Of a DNA stretch of 64,000 nucleotides, positions 23,631 through 37,904 are shown piece after piece. The notes beneath the pieces are model-generated. The model worked only from the letters and a program-made list of their open reading frames with translations. It did no database searches and was not told the origin of the DNA. Origin of the DNA: Microthyrium microscopicum (lineage: Eukaryota); NCBI GenBank assembly GCA_010405405.1, contig MU004237.1, positions 1,003,345 through 1,067,344 of the forward strand. The letters are read 5' to 3'. Within the stretch, counting starts at the first letter, position 1; each line of letters opens with the position of its first letter. Position numbers and translations under genes: made by a program.

Positions 23631-25850
23631 GCTGGTTCGTGAGATGCAGCAAGTTCATGGAACCACCCAGGGGACCAGAAAAGGACAACAAAAGCCGAAT
23701 CGGGCCTACTTCCCTGCCGCGCCATGGCGACATTGATTATTCTCCGCGCAGTGATCGGCCTGCGTTATTTGGAAACACCAGACATTTGAAGGAGCACCCC
23801 AAAATTCTAGGATTGGAGTTGCAGGAGCACCACAAACGCACTGACCGATGGAGCCAGGATATGGATCATTGATCTGTGCCTCGATGTTCCTCCCCAGCCA
23901 TTAAAAGGGACCCCTGAGGTTACTCGTTTAACAATAGAATCTGTTTCCTGGGTCCCCAGAATTAGAACCAGGGCAAGGACAGCACAACCGCATTTCCCTT
24001 GGAAAACTTTCCGACCAAGCGAGGTATGCTCAACACCTGGTCCTGGCCATCCCTTCTCTGCCCATCTGCTTTCAACATTTGAACAAATGTCCGATGATTT
24101 ACCACCAGGGCGGGCGATGAGACTAGAAGCAGAACGATTCCGTGCAGGCATGTTGTCCGACCGATTGAACAGCGAGAACCCGTATTAACGGCCGACGGAT
24201 CAATGATGCTCTTTGTTAGTGTCCGGCCCATCAATGCCGAGGAGATTTTTTTCCAATATTCCCCTTCGAGTTTCGGATAGTGCTGCCACAAGGCTGGATC
24301 CACTCCTGACAATCTGGTAGTTGGTGGTTGGTGGCTATTGAGGTCGGCGTTGCCAATCTCGGTCTCGTACCCCGTGGATATTTCGCCCAACTTCAGACGT
24401 GTACTCGCTTCGAGTATCACCTGGATCAACCACACGGATACGAATGGAAATACTGGCTGCACCTCATCTATCCAACTCAACTCGCCAAGGGATTCTGTAA
24501 AATTACGGTTCTTCTTGTGTCCGTATCAATCCAGACGCGTGCGCTTGCCCTACAACATTTTCACAAGCAGCTCAGAGTAAGGAAGACAGATCCCTGTCGG
24601 CAGTTCTTGCTAGCTACTAGCTAAAGCCCTAGCTCCTGCCAAGGACCTGTCAAAAACCTTGGAAAAGTGGTCAACGCCACAAGGCGAAGCGGCCACACAC
24701 GCGCCTTCCCCAGTTGCTCGGAACGTTCCTGGAAGGAACAACGGCTGAAGGCTGGAGGCCACTTCCTTTCTTGGCAAGGCTCATGTTCAGCTGCCAGCAC
24801 GTGGCTGCCTCTTTCTCGGGGCGGCGCTTTCCCTTCGATTGAGGCTGCAAACTATCGATGTCCACCGCCAATAATCCAAAAATCGAAGGATTCGAATTAT
24901 CGATTTCGGAAGATTGTCTATCGTCATGGAACCATATCTCTCGGACTCTCGTCGTCTATTCCCAGCCTCAGTCTCTTTTTGCGACGTACAAAAAAAAAGT
25001 TTATTGCCATTTTTCAGCCTTGTTTCGTTTTCATTACACTCCTTAGCATGAGATACCCATTTCTTTCCTTTCTCAATTAGCCATCGAGCCAATTTAGCGC
25101 CTCCAATACGACTATCTGTTCTACATTTTCTGGCCAAGAATACACATCTGCTCCTTCTTTGGCGGATTTTGTTTTCTTCTTTTCATCAAGAATTTGCACT
25201 TGGAAGGCGTTGGAAGGCGTTCAAGCGACGCGTTTGCACAAATTCTATTTCTAGATCCACCATCGCCGGCGGCAACCCTCGGAGATTTATTTCTCTCCAC
25301 TCGCGCGCATTGATCTTTGATACACGTGGAGCGATCTTAGCGGATAGCATTACTTCGGACCGACTTTCCCTCTATCGCAATTTCAGCGGCCAGCGCTCAA
25401 AGCTTGACTTTTTGTAAAGTATTTCCTCTCCTTTTTCCTTGGAGATTGATACCCCCTATTTGGCAAATGTTTTGTCATATCTTTCCTTTTCACCTTGTTG
25501 GAACTTTGTAAAGCCGACGCCGAAGATTCATTTACCGGCTGGCATGTCTTTGTAGGATAGGATTGTTGTATCAGGATCGCGGTTGGTGGATGAACCACGC
25601 ACGGGAGATGGTGCGGGAAAGGATTGGCATGGTTATGAGGACTTTTTATGTATTAGTGTTGTTGTCCTCGCATGGCCAGAGAAGATTAGAAAGAAATATA
25701 ACTCATTCTGAATTCAACTAGCAGTTCCATACAAGTGATCTTTCTACTTGCGTATTCACCCATCTATCAGTCTAATCATACAGCAATCATCAGGTCCCCA
25801 GAAACAACAAGAACGCCTTGCTTAATAGCACAAAATCTCTCACTCATTCT

Positions 25851-26555
25851 TCATCCCAAAACCTTCAACTTTTTCTTCTTCTTCTTCCCCTCATCGCCAC
25901 CCTTCCCCTTCTGAAAGTCCCGCCAACTCCCAATTCGCTGCTCCCGCGTCGCCTCCCACTTAACCTCATGTTCCCTCTTCCTCTTCCTCTCCTCAATCTC
26001 CTCATCCACCTTCCTCTGCTCCCGCCCCTCCTCCTGCATCTGCGCCTTCATCTGCTTTCTCCTTCTCAACTCATCATCCACCAACACCATCCTCGTCTTA
26101 TCCCGCCACAGTCTCCGCCACTCCTCCGTATCCTGCGCCTCCCTAAACTCCGGTGTATCCACCGTCCACTTCTTCTCCCTCAGCAACAACATCCGCGCAT
26201 CCGCAATAGATTCATCTAGTCGTTCACGGTGTTTGTCATCGAGCAGTTCAGTGTGTGCTTTGGCGAGCCGGTCAAAGGCGTCGGGGGCGCGCGGGTTGGA
26301 GGTTTTGTCGGGATGGATTAGGAGGGACTTTTTGCGGTAGGTGGCTTTTATGGAGGAGGGGGGCACGCCGGGTTGGAGGTCGAGGACGGCGTAGGCGTCG
26401 AGTTTGAAGGAGTTGAGGATGCGGTCTATTTCGGCGTCTTTGTCGAATTCTTTGGATTCTTTCTCTAGGGCGTCGAGGATGTCGGTGTCTGGTACGGAGT
26501 CTGTTGGGTTGTCTTTTGGTGGCTCTTTTGGGGGTTCTTTTGGTGATGGTGGCAT
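25851..26555 (-). CDS. spf31: J-domain protein Spf31/DNAJC8
   Basis: EIDRILNSFKLDAYAVL...YRKKSLLIHPDK and the C-terminal WEATREQRIGSWRDF...KKKLKVLG. Confidence 0.9.
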   Translation of the reverse strand: MPPSPKEPPKEPPKDNPTDSVPDTDILDALEKESKEFDKDAEIDRILNSFKLDAYAVLDLQPGVPPSSIKATYRKKSLLIHPDKTSNPRAPDAFDRLAKAHTELLDDKHRERLDESIADARMLLLREKKWTVDTPEFREAQDTEEWRRLWRDKTRMVLVDDELRRRKQMKAQMQEEGREQRKVDEEIEERKRKREHEVKWEATREQRIGSWRDFQKGKGGDEGKKKKKKLKVLG

Positions 26556-26894
26556 GATGGCGAAGTTGTAGAAATTGGTGCGTAGAAGCGATGTAGGGAT
26601 ATTAGAAGAGTAGGGTGTTAGTCGAGTGAGCTCTGTGATGTAGTAGTAATGACTGAGGTGTAGTTACATGTAGATATAAAGTTATTGGTAGTTGGAGATG
26701 GCCGGGCCCAGGCAGGGCAGGTGCGGAAGTGGGATGAGAGCAAGGTTGTTCCTTCCATTTTGGGAGCTGCATGCCTTTTTTTTCTGACTCTCCAACTCCA
26801 CCTTTCAGGACTTCTGAGTTTCATACACCACAGCATTGGTGAACGCAATTTTCGCGAACCTTTCATATGCTCAACGGTATAAATCCCAATTAAG

Positions 26895-29307
26895 ATGCCG
26901 GCGCCTAAACGGAAACGTCCCCATCCTGGGAAACAAGCCCAACAACCACAATCGAAAAAGCGAAAACGAGATGACAACGAAATTCCACAACTCCAGAAAG
27001 CAGTTGAAGAACTGGTATGATATTCGTCCTAATACCTCTTACCGGCCCTTCTGATTATGATAGAACCTTGAAAATGCCGCTTATACTCGATTCGCAGACC
27101 TCCCACTTTCCAAACCTACACTCGCAGGCCTCAAAGCCTCCCACTTTACGACTCTCACCGATATCCAGACTCGCGCTATTCCCCTCGGACTATCTGGCCG
27201 TGACATACTTGGTGCAGCTAAGACAGGCAGTGGGAAGACACTCGCCTTTCTCATTCCAGTTCTAGAAAATTTATATCGCCGCCACCATGTCGGGCCCGAT
27301 GCTGGGTTGGGTGCGATGATCATATCCCCCACACGAGAACTTGCGATTCAGATCTTCGAAGTCTTACGAAATATTGGTGGGCATGGACATATGTTTGCTG
27401 CAGGTCTGGTCATTGGCGGGAAGAGCCTGATTGAGGAGCAAAATGCGCTTGTTCGCATGAATATTGTTGTGTGCACGCCAGGCCGAATGCTACAACATCT
27501 GAGTCAGACGGCAGCGTTCAATGTGGACGATTTACAGATGCTTGTACTGGATGAAGCAGATAGAATCCTGGACATGGGATTTCAACGAGATGTTGATGCG
27601 ATTGTGGATTATCTACCCAAGGACCGACAAACCATGCTGTTCAGCGCTACACAGACTAAAAAGGTGTCGGATCTTGCACGTCTAAGTCTCAAGGATCCGG
27701 AATATGTGTCTGTTCATCAAGAAGCTACTACTGCGACACCAAAGGGCTTACAACAGAATTACTGCATTACTCCGTTACCAGAGAAGTTGGATACACTCTG
27801 GAGCTTTATCCAGTCTGCCAAAAAATCCAAAACCATCGTCTTCCTCTCAGCAGGTAAACAAGTACGCTTCGTATACGAATCCTTCCGGCGAATGCAACCT
27901 GGTGTCCCACTTCTCCATCTCCACGGCAAGCAAAAACAATCCACCCGTCTAGAAATCACCCGCCGCTTCTCCACCGCCACGACGTCCTGTCTGTTCGCCA
28001 CTGACGTCGCCGCCCGCGGTCTCGACTTTCCCGCCGTTGACTGGGTAGTTCAAGTCGATGCGCCCGAAGATGCGGACACCTACATCCACCGCGTAGGCCG
28101 CACAGCACGCTACGAGCGCGAAGGCCGAGCGATCCTATTCCTAGATCCAAGCGAAGAAGAAGGCATGCTCAAAGCACTTGGCGCAAAGAAAGTACCAGTC
28201 GAAAAAGTGAATGTCAAGGGCAAGAAGAAGACGTCTATAAAGAATGCGTTGCAGAATATGTGTTTCAAAGACTCTCAGCTGAAATATCTAGGGCAGAAAG
28301 CATTTGCTAGTTATGCGCGCAGTATCTACGTCCAGTCTGATAAAGTTACTTTTCAAATGGACAAGCTAGCGCTTGAAGAATTCGCGGATAGTATGGGTCT
28401 GCCTGGTGCCCCACGCATCAAGTTCTTGAAGGGCGACGATCCAAAGGCAAGAAAGAATGCGCCTAGAGCTCAACTTGATGATTCGGATAGTAGTGAAGCG
28501 GAAGATGAAGAGGAGGAACCGAAGAAGGCAACACAGCCAAAGACGAAGATTGATCGCATGTTTGAGCGCCAGAACATGGATGTGCTTGCTAGTCATCGCA
28601 GCAAATTGTTGGCATCCGATGAAGCATCTTCGAGTTCAGACGCAGCTTCTGATGAAGACGACGACCTACTCACCGTCAAACAACGTATCCCGGCAGAACC
28701 TGCAGAGGCAGAAGAGGACGTGCGCATGGTGAACATTGCTGGTGTCACCGGTCCAGTCCTCGTTGATTCGAAACGTGCTGAGAAGCGCTTAACTAGCAAG
28801 AAGGCCATGTTGAAGCTCAAAGACAGAGGTTCGAAGATTGTGTTTGACGATGAGGGCAATGCTAGACCTGCGTATGAGCTTGAGACGGAGCGAGATTGGC
28901 AGGAGAAGACCAAAGTGGTTGAAGCGAGAGAGCGATTTGTGGATGAGGAGCGGGAAAGAGTTATGGCCCATGATCAGCTTGATAAACAGGTTGCGAAAGA
29001 CAAGAGGGTGGAAAAGAGAATCAAGCGCAAGATTAGAGAGAAGGAAGAACGACTGGGCAAGATGGCTGGAGCTGAGGATGGTGGGGAGGGTGAAAAGGAG
29101 GATTTGCTTCAGAACTTTTTGGATGATGCTGAAGGAATGGTCAGTGATGGCTCTGATCGTTCTGAAGGCGAGGGATCTGGAGCAGACCAGGTTGAGGAAG
29201 AGACTGCCCGTTCTAAGAGCAAGAAACAAGTCAAGTTCGCTGAACAGGATGAGGATATGGACTTTGAGGACCTGGAGATTTTGGCCGCTGGACTTATTGA
29301 GACATGA
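26895..29307 (+). CDS. DBP4: DEAD-box RNA helicase Dbp4/Hca4; intron 27015-27063
   Basis: FADLPLS...[54 protein letters not shown] and [10 protein letters not shown]. Confidence 0.95.
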
Positions 29308-29564
29308 TCGCATAGCAACTTTCACAAATCATATGCACTTGATCTTCATCAGACAGAGTGTTTTCATTCTCAACATTAAATGTGTCGTACCTGCGGTCTA
29401 TTAGCGATAGTCCAGATGGGCATGAACAAAAACAAACCAGACTGATGCAATGAAGTGTTGACGCCATTCCCTGCGTCTTTGCTTTTATCATGACCTCCTC
29501 TTCGAAGCCTTCAGAATGCCATTCGACACAATTCCATTCACATATGTCGTCCCCATCCACCCCT

Positions 29565-30074
29565 TCAAATCGGCTTAATCTTAAAATGCAAACTAATCAA
29601 ACTAAACACCAACGCCTTCAAATCCTGCACCAAATAATAAAACACCCTCAACCCCTCCGGATCCGCACTCTCCGTAACATCCACCAAACTGCCAATCTTC
29701 GCCGTCTCAAAGCTAATATGCTCATTCCCCAGCCGTATTTCGAGTTCTTGGCGTCCATCTTTGTTTTTGGTCGGCCATTTGCTGTCGTCTTCTTTCATGA
29801 TTTCGGATTCCCGCACTATGCGCTTGATCTCGTCGATTACGACGCTGGAGACGCACATTTCTTTGCGGATTAAGGAGTCGTTGCGGTATTGGCTGTTGTT
29901 GGCGTAGCGCACGGTGGAGGAGGGTGAGGTGGGGTGTGTGCGGAAGTCGAATTCGAGAAATTCGTGGCCGAAGCGGCCGGAGTGGCCGGAGCTGTTGGGG
30001 TGTTAGTTGGTTGTGGGAATTGGGGAATGGGGGTGGTACTAGTAGCGGATGTAGAAGGCGTCGTTGGTCGCCAT
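29565..30074 (-). CDS. mago: Mago nashi (exon-junction complex), one intron
   Basis: [22 protein letters not shown]...[17 protein letters not shown]...[15 protein letters not shown]. Confidence 0.96.
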
Positions 30075-30770
30075 GGTGAGAGGTATTGAGCGTGGTTTTT
30101 GTTCTGGTCTGTGGGCAATCTGTGCTTGAGTTCGTGATAGAAGATAGGAAGCGCAATGGTTCCAAGAAGTTTGTGGAATGAAGTGGTTAAGTGGTTGAGT
30201 GGTGCAGTGGTGAAGATGTGCAGAGCAGCAAGAAGTCGAGATGTCGTTGAAGGTTGAGCTTCAACTGTCTTCCTTACTAGGCAGCTTCTGGCTTGGGCAA
30301 TAGCACCCCAATGTTCGCACTTTTTAAGACTCTGCTTTCGGCGCTCTGTTGATTGCTTCTAATTAAATCTCATCATCCCAAAAATAATAGATAGAATATG
30401 ATTAATCAAAAGATATAAGCTATAGTATGTGGGAGCATTGGAATTGATACTTGGCGGAGAAACGTTGATCCGAGCTCATGGTGGCTCTTTCCCTCAATGA
30501 AGTGGACACGAAATGCATCTTGACGCCCAAAGTGAGATGTCCATCAACACCATATCCTCTCTCCAAAACCAATACTTGTCTTTAGGCTGCCATTATAAAT
30601 GCCCGAGTAACCTATTCTCCCCCCTCTCTCTTTGATCCGCCTGTTGGCACCCACAATAGTCTCTCCCCTGAACCCCTCCGACCCTCTAGCTCGCCGCGCC
30701 TGCCAGGTCAGCTTCTCCATACATTTCGATCACCAACACATAAATCGACCAATTCAACTTCTTCAACGAC

Positions 30771-33735
30771 ATGGCGACTTTTCTGGATTCGACCTACTCA
30801 TTGGTTGCACAGGATAATGCCGCAGATCAGCCTACCCAGCAGGAATTGAAGACTCAGCTGGAGAAGGGGACAGATGAGACCAAAGTCGAGACCTTGAAGC
30901 GCATATTGTCCGTTATGCTCAATGGCGATCCAATGCCTGGCCTCCTTATGCACATCATCCGCTTCGTCATGCCATCCAAAAGCAAGCAATTGAAGAAGCT
31001 TCTTTACCTTTACTACGAGATATGTCCAAAGCACGAACCCAATGGCAAGCTTAGGCAAGAATGGATTCTTGTATGCAATAGCATCCGTCTTGACCTTCAA
31101 CATCCCAACGAATACATCCGCGGTAACACACTTCGCTTCCTCAACAAAATACGCGATGCCGAACTCATGGAACCCCTCCTCCAACCAGCTCGACAATGCC
31201 TCGAGCATCGACACGCATATGTCCGCAAAAACGCCGTTTTCGCAATTGCTTCTATATATATACATATGGAGACATTGATACCCGATGCGCCTGATCTTAT
31301 ATTCAAGTTTCTGGAAGATGAACAGGACCCAACTTGCAAGCGAAATGCATTTGCTGCATTGTTGAGCATCAGCCATGACAAGGCATTGGCGTACATCAGT
31401 AAATCATTTGATGGAATACCCAATCACGAAGAATTGCTGCAATTGGCGGAGTTGGAGTTCATTCGAAAAGATGCTGTCATTAACCAACAGAACAAGGCCA
31501 GATATCTTCGACTCATTTTCGACCTCCTTGAAGCCAACACATCTACCGTCGTTTACGAAGCTGCCTCGTCCCTTACATCCCTCACAAACAACCCAGTGGC
31601 TGTCAAAGCTGCTGCCTCCAAGTTTATCGAACTCGCGATCAAGGAGGCCGACAATAACGTCAAACTTATTATACTTGACAAGGTCAGCCAACTACGAAGA
31701 CAAAATGAGGGTATCCTGGACGATCTTACCATGGAAATCTTGCGAGTTCTGTCCAGTCCTGATTTGGATGTACGGAGGAAGGCTTTGGAGTTGGCACTCG
31801 AAATGGTGTCAAGCAAAAATGTAGAAGATGTGGTCCTACTGCTCAAAAAGGAACTCTCAAAAACGGTGGATGAGCAATACGAAAAGGTAAGGCTCCCATA
31901 TTCGATGCTCTGGTGTCAGACTGACAGTTGTAGAACTTGGAATACCGATCATTACTCATTCACTCTATCCATCAATGCGCCATCAAGTTTTCACAAGTAG
32001 CCGCCAGCGTGGTCGGCTCTCTAATGGACTTTATCGCCGATTCAACCGTCAACAACACATCTGCAGTGGACGTAATTTCATTTGTCAAGGAAGTTGTTGA
32101 GAAATTCCCCGAGCTAAGAAGCTCTATTCTGGAAAGACTCATTTCTACTCTTGATGAAGTTCGAGCTGGCAAAGTTTATCGAGGAGCTCTTTGGATCGTC
32201 GGAGAATATTCCCTGGATGAAGCAGATATCAGGGAGTCCTGGAAACGGATACGCGCGAGTCTTGGAGAAATCCCCATTTTAGCATCCGAGCAACGCCTGC
32301 TAGATCAAGCAGAAGGTGGTGAAGAACCAGGTGACGGTGTAAATGGCCATTCCAAACCAGCTGCCCCATCAGGGTCGAGAAAGGTGTTGGCTGATGGTAC
32401 ATATGCCACAGAAACTGCTCTCACAAGTCAAGACAAGGCCAAATTAGAAGCTGTCAAGGCTGCACAAAAACCACCGCTCCGGCAACTCATTCTCGACGGC
32501 GATTATTATCTGGCTACTGTTCTCTCAACAAGTCTTGTCAAATTGGTCATGCGGCACTCGGAAGTATCCAGTGACAAGGAACGAACGAACGCGCTAAGAG
32601 CTGAAGCAATGCTTATCATGATCTCCATCATTCGCGTTGGGCAATCACAATTCGTCAAGACGCCAATCGATGAGGATTCTGTCGATCGTGTCATGGCCTG
32701 CCTACGCGCGTTGGCAGACTTCGCCCAAAACAAGGAACTAGGAACTGTTTTCTTAGATGACACGAGAAAGGCTTTCCGCGTCATGGTCATGGCAGAAGAG
32801 AAGAAACGTGCTGCCAAAGAAGCACTCATCAAGGCCAAATCGGCTGTTCAGGTTGATGATGTGGTCAGCATCCGTCAATTGACCAAGAAGTCAACCGTAG
32901 ATGGAGCAGACGATGTGACTATCGATGTAGAAAAGGCCACAGGTGGGGATTCTGCTACGGAAAATCTATCATCAAAACTCAGCAAGGTAGTTCAGCTTAC
33001 TGGCTTTTCGGATCCTGTATACGCGGAAGCCTACGTCAACGTGCAACAATTCGACATCATCCTCGACGTTCTTCTTGTCAACCAAACCACCGACACTCTC
33101 CAAAATCTCTCCGTGGAGTTCGCTACTCTTGGTGACCTCAAGGTAGTTGAGCGACCCACAACTCAAAACCTGGCTGTGCACGACTTTTCCAACGTGCAAG
33201 CGACCATCAAAGTTTCATCGACAGATACAGGAGTCATTTTCGGCAACATTGTGTACGACGGCCACCACAGCACTGAGAATAATGTCGTCATTCTCAACGA
33301 TATCCACGTTGATATCATGGACTACATCCAGCCCGCTCAATGCACAGAAACGCAGTTCCGCACCATGTGGACTGAATTTGAGTGGGAAAATAAGGTCAAC
33401 ATCAACTCCAAGGCCAAGACGTTACGAGCCTTCCTCGATCTCCTCATGAAAGCCACAAACATGGCCTGCCTCACGCCAGAAAGCAGCATGCAAGGCGACT
33501 GCAAATTCCTCAGCGCTAATTTATATGCACGCAGTGTCTTTGGTAAGCCTCTCTCACCTCACCATACACTAATAAACTAACAAACTCTGTAGGTGAAGAC
33601 GCTCTAGCAAATCTCAGCATCGAAAAAGAAGCCGACGACGGTCCAGTCACCGGTTTCGTACGTATTCGGTCAAGAAGCCAAGGTCTAGCGCTAGCATTGG
33701 GCTCACTGAAGGGACTCAAGGCCGCGACCGCATAG
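30771..33735 (+). CDS. SEC26: Coatomer subunit beta (beta-COP); introns ~31887-31933 and 33542-33592
   Basis: [59 protein letters not shown] and [14 protein letters not shown]. Confidence 0.96.
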
Positions 33736-34431
33736 AGTGTTACTTTTCGTGGAGTACCGAGACTCCATTTCCTGGCACGTAGGCGACCTGCTAATTAAGA
33801 CGCCCGGATTGATGGGCATTTATGGCTGTTTGAAAAAGCGGTGGCAGTATAGCATGATGCATATGATTAATCAACGGCTTATGTAGCTCATGGGGCGAAT
33901 TGATGCAAACTTCCAAAACCCCTTTTCTTGAATGCTTGCCAACTACTACTTACTTATTATACAAGACCCAAAAATGAGAATGCATCTTAACAGAATTGCA
34001 GGTACAACCATATCAACTGCAAGGCCTGGGCACTTTACCCGTCACGCTAGTGGCAGTTTCAGGGGTAAACTCGACAACTTCTCACATAAACATCAAAACA
34101 CTTTTCTGCAATAATCCCAGCATTACCTCTATGTACCTTAGTGAGCCGTTTGATCGATACACCGATCCTCTACTCCCCATGTAGCACTTCAACAGTGCTA
34201 CAACCTGCGGCTTCTAGAGGCTGGACAGGCGCGAATGCATTGACTAGTACCTTAACAAGTGATGATGTCACGATAAAGCTGTCTGCCACTCGTACAGTGA
34301 AGGCGCAAGGTACTCAAAGTATATCGAGTGGTCCAGCCTAGGCTCCAGCGATTTAGTGAGAAGCAAATCCAGTCTCTGGAATTAGACCGCTAGACGTCCC
34401 TAACAGTACTGACAACACCGACACGGAAAAC

Positions 34432-35517
34432 ATGGTCTCCCTCCACCTCATAGAGTCGTCCAACAACCAGATCAAGTCCACCCTGCCGCCTGGTCTGGTC
34501 GCTGTCTTCGTAGGAGCCACAAATGGAATTGGAGAAACAACCGTTAAACAGTTCGCGAAACATGCAACTAAACCGCGAGTTTACATCATCGGCCGCTCTC
34601 AAGAAGCTGGTGATCGCATCGTGGCTGAATGTAAGGAATTGAATCCTGAAGGTACATTTATCTTCCTCCAGCGGGACACCAGCCTCATACGCAACGTGGA
34701 CGAAGTCTGTCATGAGCTCGTCAGCAAGGAGAAGGCTATCAATATTCTATTTTTGACTATCGGTACTCTGCAATCAGGCTTTAGTGAGTTCTCAGTCATC
34801 TCATCGCAATCATCTATGAACTGTTCACTAAACCACACAGAAACCGAAGAAGGACTCCATTATCCAACAGCTCTCACAGTCCACGCACGCAGCCGCTTCA
34901 TCTCAAATCTTCTACCGCTCCTCCAACGAGCCGAATCATTGCGTCGCGTTGTCAGCGTGTATATGGCTACCCATGAAGCTCAAATCAACATGGACGACTT
35001 CCAAGGCTGGAACCTGAGTCGCTATGCAAACATGGGCCATACAGCCTCACTCATCACCCTCGATCTAGAGGCGCACCACAAAGCCGCGCCGGAAGTCTCG
35101 TTTGTGCACAATTTCCCTGGCGCTGTGGAGTCTGGTATCGCGCGCGGCTCGATTGGTGCGTTTATGAGAGTTCTCAAAACTATATATGCATTTTTGGGGC
35201 CCTTGGTGCATATTCCGCTGGTGGAAGCTGGGGACCGCCATTTGTTTCTTTGTACCAGTGCGCGGTTTTCTAGCGGAGTGGAGGATGTGGCTGCTGGTGT
35301 TCCGTTGGGGGATGGATTGGCTGTCGCGCGCGGCACTGATGGGCAGGCTGGATGTGGAGTGTACTCCATTGATGCAAATGGTGAGAGTGCAGGCCCGAAG
35401 GCCGAGCGGTTGCTTGCTGAGCTTAGGAGCCAGGGCTTGGTTGAGAAGGTACGAGAAGTGATCGATACTGATATCAATTGGGCTCTCGCTTCCAGCGGTG
35501 GTACGAAGATAGCATAG
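34432..35517 (+). CDS. Short-chain dehydrogenase/reductase; in-frame intron 34784-34840
   Basis: VAVFVGATNGIG Rossmann motif, RVYIIGRS, LLPLL...RVVSV and VSFVHNFPGAV. Confidence 0.88.
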   Translation: MVSLHLIESSNNQIKSTLPPGLVAVFVGATNGIGETTVKQFAKHATKPRVYIIGRSQEAGDRIVAECKELNPEGTFIFLQRDTSLIRNVDEVCHELVSKEKAINILFLTIGTLQSGFSEFSVISSQSSMNCSLNHTETEEGLHYPTALTVHARSRFISNLLPLLQRAESLRRVVSVYMATHEAQINMDDFQGWNLSRYANMGHTASLITLDLEAHHKAAPEVSFVHNFPGAVESGIARGSIGAFMRVLKTIYAFLGPLVHIPLVEAGDRHLFLCTSARFSSGVEDVAAGVPLGDGLAVARGTDGQAGCGVYSIDANGESAGPKAERLLAELRSQGLVEKVREVIDTDINWALASSGGTKIA

Positions 35518-36047
35518 CACTCACGCTTTTCACTTGTCATGCTGGAGTCAATCCGTCGGAGGTGAGCATGGTAGAACTACTTTGGTCAAACGCCGATTTG
35601 ATGGCCTTTTCTTCTACTCAGTAGCTTGCTCAAGCCTGCAGCATGAGATATCTTGGAGCATATTTCCAGATTTGCAAAACTGCCCATACGTTCGCGCTAA
35701 ATCTCGCAATTGCTACCGCTTAGGGTGGCTCAAATCAGCTTTACCTTTGAGAGGCTTTACCCACAGCGCAGACAAAAGCTTGCGGTATTGTTCTGGTAAC
35801 GCTTTCATAGGATCGACACTTTCCAACTTCTTTTCCTGGATGCTTGTACGTATCTCGAAAGGCGTGATTCGAATGTACTTTCCAGGGCGTAAGGAGCAAT
35901 GGCACGGACCACCAGCATTGTTGATATATCAGGAGCACCTCGCCCTCAACTTCCATATTATCAACAACATTCAGGGGTAATTTATACTATCTAGAACAGC
36001 TTTCGCTAACTCAAGATTCACCAAAGATTGGCTGAAATCTGCCCAAT

Positions 36048-37813
36048 ATGGCAGAACAAGAGCAAGGAACAGTGGATCCCATCACCACCAGCAGCCCAGA
36101 TGTTATCCCACCAACAGAACTAATTCCCCCAATTGTTCCCGTAAAACCAATCACTACCCTGGAAGAACAACAATCTCCTCCTAAAACCCGCACAAAGCTC
36201 CGTCTCTACTCAATCCTCCTGGCCCTCTACGTACGGCCCCATCTCTTCACTCAATCCCTTCGTTGGGAACCTCTTACTAACAAAGTCCCCAGCTCGTCTG
36301 CTTCATTTCCGCCCTCGATCAAACTATCACTGCAACCGCAATTCCAACCATTGCCTCATCTCTGCACTCCGCTGGCGCCTACACCTGGATCGGTGCCGCC
36401 TACCTGCTCGCTTCTGCTGCCTCTGGTCCGCTCTGGACGAAATGTAGCGATATCTGGGGCCGGAAACTTGCATTGCTAAGTGCTACAGTGCTTTTTGGTG
36501 CCGCGAGTGTCTTGGCCGCACTGAGTAGCAGTATGACGATGTTGATTTCTGCAAGAGCCTTACAGGGTGCTGCGGGTGGAGGATTGGGTGGGCTGGTTAG
36601 TGTGACGATTAGTGATCTGGTCAGCGTCAGAGAGAGAGCGAAGTATTTTGCTGCGTTGGGACTGATGTGGGCGGTTGCAGGTGCAGCGGGACCGGCGGTG
36701 GGTGGAGTATTGACTGAGCGGGTTAGTTGGCGATGGTGTTTTTGGATTAATGTGCCTGTTTGTGGATTGGCGGGCGCATTGATATTGCTGCTATTGGATG
36801 TGCATAATCCGAGAACTGGACTCAAGGAGGGTTTGAAGGCGGTGGATTGGTATGGGACTGTGACGATGTTGGGCGTCACATTGATGGTGTTGCTAGGACT
36901 TGATTTTGGCGGTGCGGTGTTTGCGTGGAGCAGTGCAAAGGTGATTTGTCTATTGATTTTTGGGACGCTGATGGTGGGTATGTTTGTTTACAGCGAGAAG
37001 AGACTGGCAAAATATCCGCTACTGCCACTGGGTGTGTTTGGGAGTGTGTCGAATGTGGCGACTTTTGGGGTGTCGTTCTTTCAGAATATGGTGAGCCTTA
37101 GTGTGGAGTACTATCTGCCGTTATATCTGCAGAGTGTCAAGCTGGTTTCGCCGCTAAGAAGTGGGATTCTGGTTTTGCCAATGATGTGCACGATGGCATT
37201 AACAGATATTACGGTTGGAATATTGATTTCCAAGACGGGGAGGTACAGAGAGATGATGTGGATCGGAGCAACGATCTTGACGCTGGGAACTGGACTTTAC
37301 ATTACCCTGGGAGTCGACACGCCGATAGCTCAGATTGTTGGCTTCCAGATCGTCTGGGGAGTTGGCCCAGCTTTGCTTTTTTACGCACCAATGATTGCGA
37401 TTCAAAATACCGTCAGTCAGGCAGACACTGCATCCGCCACGGCAGCACTGGGATTCTTCCGAAACGTCGCCACGTCCTTGTCCATCGTTGTCGGCGGTGT
37501 GGTCTTCCAAAACAGTATGACTTCTCAGCAATCATCCCTTGTCGCTGCAGGCCTCGATGCGTCTACCCGCAAGGCATTTTCCGGGAGTCAGGCGGCGGCA
37601 AATGTGGACTTGATCAAGCTGATCTCAGACTCTACCCAACGGCGAGCCATACAAAATGCCTTTGCAGGAAGTCTGCGGAACATGTTTATCACCTACACTG
37701 GTTTGGCGGCGGCAGCACTGGTGTCAAGTGCTTTCATCAAGCATCGAAAGCTGAACACAGAACATACTGAGACCAAGACTGGAATACAGGAACTGACAAA
37801 GCGAAAGGAGTGA
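36048..37813 (+). CDS. MFS drug:H+ antiporter (DHA2, 14-TMS efflux pump); intron 36231-36292
   Basis: FISALDQTITATAIPTI, SDIWGRK, RALQGAAGG, WRWCFWINVP and many TM helices. Confidence 0.92.
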
Positions 37814-37904
37814 TAAGTAATAGTATGATGGTCCATCTTAATTCCTTCATCTGCAAATTTAGAAAGCAACGATCATTGCCAACTAATCAACAACGAATCA
37901 AGCA

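Noticed and set aside
23700..25600. Several 80-170 aa ORFs downstream of the Zn2Cys6 gene
   Set aside because: They overlap on both strands and show no recognisable motifs; likely UTR or intergenic.
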